A DNA stretch of 6,814 bases from Octopus sinensis (taxonomy: Eukaryota): the NCBI RefSeq assembly GCF_006345805.1, contig NW_021829218.1, positions 1 through 6,814 on the forward strand, written 5' to 3'. A model generated the notes under the pieces. That model searched no databases. It was given only the letters and a program-made list of their open reading frames with translations, and was not told the origin of the DNA. Shown here piece by piece: positions 1 through 6,700 of this stretch (within the stretch, counting starts at the first letter, position 1; each line of letters begins with the position of its first letter). Made by a program: the position numbers and the translations under genes.

Positions 1-275
1 ACATATGTGTGTATGTATGTATTTCTGTATACACATAATATATTAAACAAAAACACCTTTTAAAGGAAGCCAATATGCACGTGCTTGTGAATGTGTGTGT
101 GTGCGTGTGAGTGTGTGTTTGTATATGTGCATATATATATATATATATATATATACTAAGTACATATTTGTATTGATACGTAGGAATTTATGCATACACT
201 AATGTACATATATTTATACCTATATATATACATACATATATACATATACATATTATATATATGTGTGTGTGTATG
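1..275. repeat. Mixed TG/TA/TACA low-complexity microsatellite region, including (AT)12 at 131-154
   Basis: Dinucleotide and tetranucleotide runs read directly from the sequence. Confidence 0.9.
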
Positions 276-590
276 GCAATGCGATTATTTGTGTATAGGT
301 TGGAGCGCGTATACTCGCGCGTATATGAAGCCATCTTTTACACTACTTCAGTCTAAAGCAGCAATTTTTGAAAACAGTTTTCTGATTTCTACAATGTATA
401 ATCAAAGACAAATTTTTTCCCTTTTGATCTTTGCCTGTCATTTCCATATATCCTTTACGAATCAGTGGATACAATCAATTCCCTTCCTACGGTACCTATC
501 AATATCGAACTGATATCGATCATTTTATCCAAACATTTCTAGATGCCTTTCATATCAACTTCTGTCGTCTTATACACACATAGACACACG

Positions 591-712
591 CATACATACA
601 TACATACATACATACATACATACATACATACATACATACATACATACATACATACATACATACATACATGCATACATACATATATAATACATACATACAT
701 ACATACATACAT
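591..712 (+). repeat. (TACA)n microsatellite
   Basis: About 30 near-perfect TACA units; source of the spurious HTYI/MYVC ORFs. Confidence 0.97.
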
Positions 713-1172
713 GCACACATCCATCCATAATCCATATATATGTATACATTCACATATATATGTATAGATTTATATGTATATGCACACAGATACGCACACA
801 CACACGCATACACACGCACACACCCACATACTCCCACGCGCACATACATACACATATGTTGTTGAGTGAGCCCCCGTGTTCCTGCTCGGCCTGTTGGTAC
901 AGAACCGATGAGGTCTTTTCTATCTTTAGGTTCTCTCCAATGTTCATTTACTCCAATGTCCATTTACTCGCTCTCCTATGCACGCCGAGCAGGAACACGG
1001 GAGCTCACTCAATAATATATGTGTATGTATGTGCGCGTGGGTGTATGTTGGTATGTGTGTATGTATGCGTGTGTGTGTACGTGTCTGTGTGCATATACAT
1101 ATAAATCTATACATATATATATACATATATGTGAATGTATACATATATATGGATTATGGATGATGTGTGCAT
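711..1172. repeat. Long inverted repeat (foldback): arms 711-890 and 984-1172, 93-bp spacer; arms run outward into TACA/TGTA tracts to about 591 and 1230
   Basis: The reverse complement of 984-1172 aligns by eye to 711-890 through non-periodic segments: ATGCACACATC, TCCATAATCCATATATATGTATACATTCAC, TAGATTTATATGTATATGCACACAGA, CCCACGCGCACATACATACAC, GAGTGAGC(C/T)CCCGTGTTCCTGCTCGGC. Confidence 0.93.
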
Positions 1173-1230
1173 GTATGTATGTATATATGTATGTATATAT
1201 GTGTGTGTATGTATGTATGTATGTATGTAT

Positions 1231-1392
1231 GAACACTCGGGATCAATCAACAACATAGAAGTTAAAATCTTGTCCACACATAGAACAGACGCAACAATCA
1301 GACAAATTACGGAAGCTACACACATAATAGAAGATAAACCTAGCCTGAATGGGAAACTGGAATGGAACACTAGCACACACCACAACATATGA
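1231..1392 (+). pseudogene. C-terminal fragment of a Penelope-like element GIY-YIG endonuclease (5'-truncated)
   Basis: Translation EHSGSINNIEVKILSTHRTDATIRQITEATHIIEDKPSLNGKLEW fits the PLE endonuclease C-terminal pattern (KIL...R.I.EA..I....P.LN). The upstream part of ORF 1135-1392 is microsatellite. Confidence 0.8.
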
Positions 1393-1765
1393 CAAAAGAG
1401 GATCCCCATAAACTGGTTACAATATAAACAAAACTGAAAACATAATAAAATACTCAGATAAATAAACAAATGGAAGTACATAACTATATATATTGAAAAA
1501 ACAATTAACTAAATACAACCAACAAAAAAATAATAATAAGTAGGTATAAACACATAAACAAAATAAACAAAAATAAATTACACGAACGTATATAAACAGG
1601 AGATACAAATATTACTGGCACTTCCCCCCACACACACTAACTAAACATAGACGCACATAGAGATATACGCATGCGCAAATGAAGATACATACATAGGAAT
1701 ACAAAATAAAAAATGGCTGACCGTTAGTAAGGAGAGACACACAAATAAGAAAGAAGAAAGCAAAG

Positions 1766-1809
1766 GACCACTGATGAGGTCACAGAAGTGTGACGAAAGA
1801 ACTCTGGTC
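1766..1809 (+). ncRNA. Minimal type I hammerhead ribozyme
   Basis: Stem I GACCA (1766-1770)/TGGTC (1805-1809); CUGAUGA 1771-1777 plus one extra G; stem II GTCACA-gaag-TGTGAC (1779-1794); GAAA 1795-1798; vestigial stem III A-G-AA-C-U; cleavage triplet CUC, with scission after 1804. Confidence 0.9.
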
Positions 1810-1983
1810 AAAATAAGATTAAGATTAATGTAAAAAATGAATAACGCTGAAGCAATTTAACATCAAATATATAGTGCATGTGTTTTTATTGGCTAAACTG
1901 GCAAAATGACCATTCCTAAATACAACAACATCTGTTTCAACACACGATTTCACATCAAGAGTCTTGCAAAATATATAAACGTA

Positions 1984-2005
1984 ATATATATATATATATA
2001 TATAT
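1984..2005. repeat. (TA)n microsatellite
   Basis: Direct reading. Confidence 0.95.
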
Positions 2006-2185
2006 TTGTAAAAATGAAGTTCGAAAATGCTGCTGTATTATACAATTTTTAATTTTTATATATACATTATAACATGTTTCAGTTCCTGAAATGAACCTTA
2101 TCAAAAAAGTTATATAAAAAGAGACAGCTCATGCCGTCAACACAAGAAATTCATTTATAATACACAACGGAGTCAGACATCTTAG

Positions 2186-2229
2186 AGTTCATGTATAGTT
2201 GATATATAGTTCATGTATAGTTGATATAT
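2186..2229 (+). repeat. Perfect 22-bp tandem duplication AGTTCATGTATAGTTGATATAT x2
   Basis: Units at 2186-2207 and 2208-2229. Confidence 0.95.
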
Positions 2230-2477
2230 AGTTGAAGTATATGTTCAAAGTGTTCGATGCAGTGGCCCACGGTGGCGATACGTATTCAATACAAAAAGCA
2301 GATCAAAGTGGTGGAAAGCGGTCATACAGAAGATTGATGTTTCCGAAAGAGCGAGGAATTCATTTTTACCTTAAGCAATTGTGATGACCCATGGTGGAAG
2401 TTCGCTGGGTGGTTCTAGTGATTTTTTGTGAATGCTTGGCTTTATAATGCCTGTTAGGTGGTCAATCTAGCGTAGCG

Positions 2478-2809
2478 TGACGTCATCATGTTTTGACCAA
2501 TCGTTTCGTTAGTGGCTTTAATCAAGTGGAACGGGACGTCATCATTATTTTGACCAATCGCTGCATTATAACTCCCTCTTGTTTGTTCCTGTCTTGACCA
2601 GTCGCTTCGTTAGTCAAGCATAGCGGAGATGATCCAGATTCTGCCCAATCACGACTTATAGCTACATTAGATCTGCCCCCTGTCTGTACTTGTTAGGTGA
2701 CTATTCAAGCAGAAAAGGACGTCATCAATATTCTGACTAATGACTGTCCCCTGTTTGTATCCTGTCCATTCTAGCAGAGCTAGACGTCATCAACTTGTTG
2801 ACCAATCAG
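2478..2809. promoter_or_regulatory. Degenerate tandem array of GACGTCATCA-N5-6-TGACCAATC (CRE/ATF-like plus CCAAT box) in the PLE-B 3' region
   Basis: GACGTCATCA at 2479, 2535, 2718 and 2783, each followed by TGACCAATC (2494, 2551, 2799) or TGACTAATG (2734); further partial copies near 2594 and 2645. The repeat is directly visible; regulatory function is inferred. Confidence 0.55.
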
Positions 2810-2975
2810 AATCGGGTCTGACCCTTAGCTGTATCGTATGTATCAGGGTCAGATTTGCACGAAAGAATTTTTTTCCCTTTTTTACTAAGGCATATTTCCG
2901 TCAGAGTGAATGTCTGTTTGAAGTAGCGGCCGTGGTGAAATTTGGTTCTCCTTTTCGGAGGACTTATCTTTTGTT

Positions 2976-3420
2976 TTAGTATTCCTGGCCCAGGGTGTTT
3001 AAACTTGGTCTAAATTTTTTTATGAAATATAGTTCTTATTTTGGCGTTGTGTGAGGTTGCGTTGTCACTGAATTTATAGAGCGGGTTAGTTGTAAATTTC
3101 GGATTTACATTTCCAGCACATATATCTATGGTCCGCTGACCGGTATTTTGCGGTAATCAGGTTTTCTAATTTGTGATTTATGCACCGCCATCCTGTTTAC
3201 GTAAGCTATTTTTTGTATGGCCTATATACTGCCTATTGCAGCCTGCGCATGTTATGACGTAAATTAAGTTTTCTGATGCGCAGGTGAAGTTTGTTCTAAT
3301 GGTGAACTGGTGGCCTTGTTCCAGTATAAATTCTGATCCTTCTTTCAAGATGACACAGATTCCGCAGTTGGCCTTCCACATTTTCTAACTGCTGGTTTTT
3401 GTGGTTGATGTGAGTGCAGT
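2976..3420 (-). pseudogene. Frameshifted GIY-YIG endonuclease of a Penelope-like element with Cys-rich linker (Neptune-like)
   Basis: Joining frames gives PAVRKCGRP/NCGICVIL...FTIRTNFTCASENLIYVITCAGCNRQYIGHTKNSLRK/RMAVHKSQIRKPDYRKIPVSG/IDICAGNVNPKFTTNPLYKFSDNATSQRQNKN/YFIKKFRPSLNTLGQEY* (stop at 2978-2976). LIY..YIG motifs, CxxC pairs and terminal PSLN are present; at least 4 frameshifts. Confidence 0.92.
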
Positions 3421-3439
3421 GTATATATATATATATATA

Positions 3440-3576
3440 CTTTATTTAAAGCAGTAGAAAATTCAACAACAAAACCTGTTGAATTTTCTGCTGCTTTAAA
3501 TAAAGCATATTACTCTACCACTGGTATTTGAGTACTCTTTTTTCCACTTTGTTTCACATTTATGTGTTTACTCCGG
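3440..3576. mobile_element. Short non-autonomous repeat with a 29-bp stem hairpin, embedded in (TA)n
   Basis: CTTTATTTAAAGCAGTAGAAAATTCAACA (3440-3468) pairs with 3477-3505 (28 Watson-Crick pairs plus one G.U), 8-nt loop; (TA)n on both sides (3422-3439, 3577-3594). Confidence 0.6.
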
Positions 3577-3678
3577 TATATATATATATATATACTAGTA
3601 TAATAGCATCATCGTGTCGTCAAAATGGTTATACCATTGTTAGTATGAGACATCTTTCTGTCTGTCTTTCTTATTTTC

Positions 3679-3726
3679 GAGCTGGTGTGCTTTAATCTTT
3701 GTTCAGAGCTGGTGAGCTTTAATCTT
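3679..3726 (+). repeat. 21-bp direct repeat GAGCTGGTG(T/A)GCTTTAATCTT x2, 27-bp period
   Basis: Copies at 3679-3699 and 3706-3726, one mismatch. Confidence 0.9.
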
Positions 3727-3955
3727 CACTCGGTTTAAAAGTGCACAAGGCATGATGTATCTCATGCCGCACGCCTCGACTGCATCAAGTGTTGAGGAGG
3801 CAAGGCAAAGACCTACTCTCTGAAAAAAAGGAAGAAAACATCGGTTAATGTATTCCTAGTTAAACTATGTCTGCAATACTAAAATTCTTTTGATAAATAT
3901 GTCTGATCGATTTCTATCAAAATCCCTAAACGAAGGACACCATAAGTATAAAGCA

Positions 3956-4014
<59 letters not shown>

Positions 4015-4176
4015 TTAGAAATAAAACCACTATTATGCAACTCAAACAGTGATAGATATAAACAAAAACATAAATAACAAATAATATACATTTTTATAAA
4101 CACATAACTAGATCTCAAAAAGTATAAAAATGAATGATCAATATATAATAAGTAATAATACTCCTTAATTAATTAT

Positions 4177-4233
<57 letters not shown>

Positions 4234-4250
4234 AATTAATAAATAAAACA
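3956..4250. repeat. (TA)n tracts (about 3956-4005 and 4177-4231) with intervening AT-rich low-complexity sequence
   Basis: Direct reading. Confidence 0.9.
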
Positions 4251-4251
4251 T

Positions 4252-4778
4252 ATGCATATTTACATACATATATGTACGTACCTACCTCTACATGTATATA
4301 TACATGCATATATGGGTACAGGACACCAAAAAAACGTCAAACACAATGAGAAACGAAAACATAAACACAAAACCAAGGAAATGAACATTTTTCGTAAACA
4401 ACGAAAAAATAGAGTACAGGACATACAAAACAAGGAAAATTCCCCTTCTTCAGCCGCCTTTGTTTCATCTACTCCACGTTTCGAAGGTCAAGGCGATACA
4501 TGACTTTAATGAAACTTTCCTTCCCGCGAAAATCAAATTAAATAAAATTTGAGATTTTTTTGCGGAGGGGTAAAAATGGTAACAAAAAGAGGACAGTAAC
4601 GACAGTACAAAATACAAACAGTAAAAGACAGGACAAGGAGAATAACAGTAACACAAACAAGAATGGCTGTTAAGCCGAACGAGATAAAATTTTTTACGAA
4701 CGCTACTTTTTGAGAACGGCGAGGGAGCAACAGATGTACCGTCCTCTACTAGAAGATAGCCAGAGAAGAAAGACAGTA

Positions 4779-4780
<2 letters not shown>
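4252..4780 (-). mobile_element. Putative non-autonomous, ribozyme-bearing (retrozyme-like) interspersed repeat; left boundary approximate (4252-4313)
   Basis: Non-coding, flanked by TA microsatellites, contains several hairpins and a hammerhead core. It resembles an abundant cephalopod repeat from memory (not verified). Confidence 0.55.
4442..4503 (-). ncRNA. Candidate non-circularly permuted (pseudoknotted) hammerhead ribozyme
   Basis: Minus strand: UCAUGU-A|UCGCCUU-GAC-CUUC-GAAACGUGG-N13-AAGGCGG-CUGAAGA-A-GGGG. Stem III 6 bp (4503-4498 with 4479-4474), GUA triplet, stem I 7 bp (4496-4490 with 4460-4454), stem II 4 bp (4486-4483 with 4445-4442). All three helices abut the conserved core exactly. 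Confidence 0.7.
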
Positions 4781-4834
<54 letters not shown>

Positions 4835-4850
4835 ATTATATATATATATA
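4781..4850. repeat. (TA)n microsatellite, probably the tail or target of the adjacent RTE 3' end
   Basis: Direct reading. Confidence 0.95.
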
Positions 4851-5780
4851 TCTTCCCTTTCCAGGTTTCCAAACCTAGAGGGTCCCTAAGCCTCCAACAA
4901 GTACACGCACAACCCCTCCCTCCCTTTTCTCAGTTAATCTCATGTTTTCTGCCATCTTCCTCTTTGTCTATTCTTTAAGGTCATGCCACAACGACCTGTA
5001 TACCTCTCTTATCAGGGGTTTTGGTTATGGAGGGCCACATTTACTACAAGTAGGGAGTCATAGTGCTTTGTTTCATCACCCAAAGGTTTGAAAGAACAAT
5101 TTCTTGGTTCACTGTCTTCTCGCCAATCTCTTTCGTATCATTCTCATTAGTTCTACGTATTATATGGCGAATGTGAAGCATCTTTCTATAAAAGCCATTA
5201 TCTTTTTCTTTCTCTCAGCATAATTTGTCTGTGAACTGAATCTATAGAATACAGTTGAAATTATTGTTGCTCTTGAAAAAAAAAAATGTATTGCTATGGA
5301 AACCGTTATATTTTTCTAAACAGGATCTAATTTGGTTAAAATCGCAATAGTTAGTGCAATAAAATGGTTTACTCATATTTTTGATCCCGAAATTCTAAAT
5401 TCATCAACTTTGAACGTTCCCATCTCTTCTGTTATTTTAATTGTATTAATTACTTTCTCTGCTATTTTTCATTACTTATTCTATACATCCTTCCAATTAT
5501 ATCAAACCATGTTAGTCATTCATTTTATTTCTCCCTTATCAACTACTTATGTCGAGGCTGCTGATGTATTCTCTCAAAATAAACTATAATTTCAACAAGT
5601 AGAGTGAACAGTTTCTATTTTCACAGAAAATCCCCCAAAACATTGTGGTACTAGTCTGTGTGGTGATTCACGTATTTCCTTAATATTTCAAATCTAATCA
5701 ACTGTGCTTCTCTCGTATCGGAGACTCAACCAGACTACAATAAGTATGTCATCTAGTTTAATTCGGTAGTTAAATAAAAC
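4851..5780 (-). mobile_element. Decayed RTE-clade LINE, RT 3' half, C-terminal region and 3' UTR
   Basis: Minus-strand fragments: SLYLLKL*FILRE (5607-5569, like SPYLFNLY.E.I.RE), FKVDEFRISGSKI (about 5414-5376, like VDEFKYLGS) and FYRKMLHIRHIIRRTNENDTKEIGEK (5193-5116, like YRRMLRISW..R.TNEEVL..IG). Many stops and indels. Confidence 0.75.
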
Positions 5781-6242
5781 GGATCTTTTCGGTTTGAACG
5801 GCAGTTTTTAACATAATTTCTAGGTAACTAAAAAATTAAAAACTTCGTATACTGGTAGAATGTGTTTATAAAACATATTTTTCTCTTGGCTTTATTGAGA
5901 AAATTCTATAGTTTGTAAGATATTTGTTGTTTTTTTTTCTTCAATTTCTACAATTTCAACCAATCGATGACGTCTATTGAGTTAAAAATCATTCTGTGCC
6001 GTATGAATATGTCCCTCGTTTAAGAAACAGATTGGGTTTATTTACATTTGTGAAGAAAAAAAAGATACCCTTCCCCCCACCCCTAACCCTATCTCTAACC
6101 CTAACCCTAACCCTAACTAACCCTAACCAACCCTAACCCTAAAACAGATTGAAATGCAATAGATCGATACTAGGGTCATAATTATGGGTGACAATTTCAT
6201 ATGACACCGCTAGAAAAACTGCCGTTCAAACCGAAAAGATCC
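5781..6242. mobile_element. 462-bp non-autonomous TIR DNA transposon (MITE), probably Merlin superfamily
   Basis: Perfect 29-bp TIRs GGATCTTTTCGGTTTGAACGGCAGTTTTT (5781-5809) / AAAAACTGCCGTTCAAACCGAAAAGATCC (6214-6242); 8-bp TSD AATAAAAC (5773-5780) / AATAGAAC (6243-6250), 7/8 match. 5'-GG termini with an 8-bp TSD fit Merlin better than hAT (the superfamily call is inference). Confidence 0.88.
6081..6142 (+). repeat. Interstitial telomere-like (CCCTAA)n tract inside the MITE
   Basis: 11 units, 7 of them perfect CCCTAA, plus CCCTAT, CTCTAA, CTAA and CCAA variants. Confidence 0.95.
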
Positions 6243-6700
6243 AATAGAACTACTGTGCAGTTATTGTTATACTGCTGGTGTTTCCTTTTTATGAAAGTGA
6301 TATAAAAGTGATTTTGTCTCTAAAAGATCATTTTTCAGGATGTAAAATACATTTTGCGAAGACTTTGTTGCATGATCATCTTTCAGGTGATCTACAACTT
6401 TTTCTAAATCATTTTTGTAAACACTAAAATAATTACTGTCTCTGGTATATCGCAGAAAATATTTTTAGTTAATTGTTTTATCAGGAGATAAATCCAGCTG
6501 TTTCATGGCTGCCGCGTATTCTCTTCATTTTTCGATTTGATTTGTAGATTATTAAATATTCGCCTAGTTCACATTTAATGGCGAGATTTTTAACCTTGGC
6601 GTCGAATTTTCTGGATTTCTTTGTCTAGAACTTCATTCTATTTCCTCACATCTTTCCTTAATCCAAGCATCTTTTGCCTGCCTTTCTTCTTCTATTCGTT
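6243..6700 (-). mobile_element. Decayed RTE-clade LINE, linker and RT N-terminal part (continuation across the MITE)
   Basis: Minus-strand fragments RQAKDAWIKERCEEIE (6683-6636), AAAMKQL (about 6516-6496) and SCNKVFAKCIL (about 6375-6343), collinear with the 4851-5780 piece. Confidence 0.72.

Larger units (their letters stand above)
1231..1870 (+). mobile_element. Penelope-like retroelement 3' remnant / pseudo-LTR (PLE-A); right boundary approximate
   Basis: Endonuclease C-terminus, then an A-rich 3' UTR, then a same-strand minimal hammerhead: the established layout of PLE pseudo-LTRs. Confidence 0.75.
2450..3420 (-). mobile_element. 5'-truncated Penelope-like retroelement (PLE-B); left boundary uncertain, could extend to about 2007
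   Basis: Endonuclease remnant plus downstream repeat-rich 3' region; the 5' end abuts the (TA)n at 3422. Confidence 0.75.

Noticed and set aside
190-513. 107-aa plus-strand ORF
   Set aside because: The N-terminal third is microsatellite and the rest has no recognisable motif. The minus strand of 320-570 also gave no convincing LINE motif.
539-1258. Cluster of overlapping ORFs rich in MYVC/HTYI/CVCV
   Set aside because: Translations of TACA/TG microsatellites and of the inverted repeat; no coding signal.
1390-1440. TGA at the end of the PLE-A ORF as a selenocysteine codon
   Set aside because: It falls just after the natural endonuclease C-terminal motif, read-through is short and unconserved-looking, and no SECIS was recognised.
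2327-2349. CAGAAGA...CGAAAG hammerhead-like words on the plus strand
   Set aside because: U4 is replaced by A and no stem I or stem II can be formed.
2460-2810. CRISPR-like repeat-spacer array
   Set aside because: Eukaryotic context, degenerate units with related spacers, irregular period and no cas genes.
2855-2910. CTGACGGA...CCTT/AAGG...GAAA on the minus strand as PLE-B's hammerhead
   Set aside because: Core is disrupted, there is an 8-nt gap before stem II, and there is no stem I pairing; at best a relic.
2740-2979. 79-aa plus-strand ORF
   Set aside because: Antisense to the PLE-B 3' UTR; no domain features.
3740-3815. CCTCCTC on the minus strand suggesting an HDV-like ribozyme
   Set aside because: P1, P3 and P1.1 could not be assembled in the required nested double-pseudoknot order.
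4851-4866. Polypyrimidine-CAG resembling a splice acceptor
   Set aside because: No supported exon or donor follows; better explained as the RTE 3' end.
4252-4872. ORFs 4252-4503 (+), 4465-4872 (-) and 4533-4730 (-)
   Set aside because: Low-complexity, composition-driven frames across a repeat and a (TA)n tract.
5332-5589. 85-aa hydrophobic plus-strand ORF
   Set aside because: Antisense shadow of the A-rich RTE coding strand.
6081-6142. True chromosome end or telomere
   Set aside because: Short, degenerate and enclosed by transposon TIRs.
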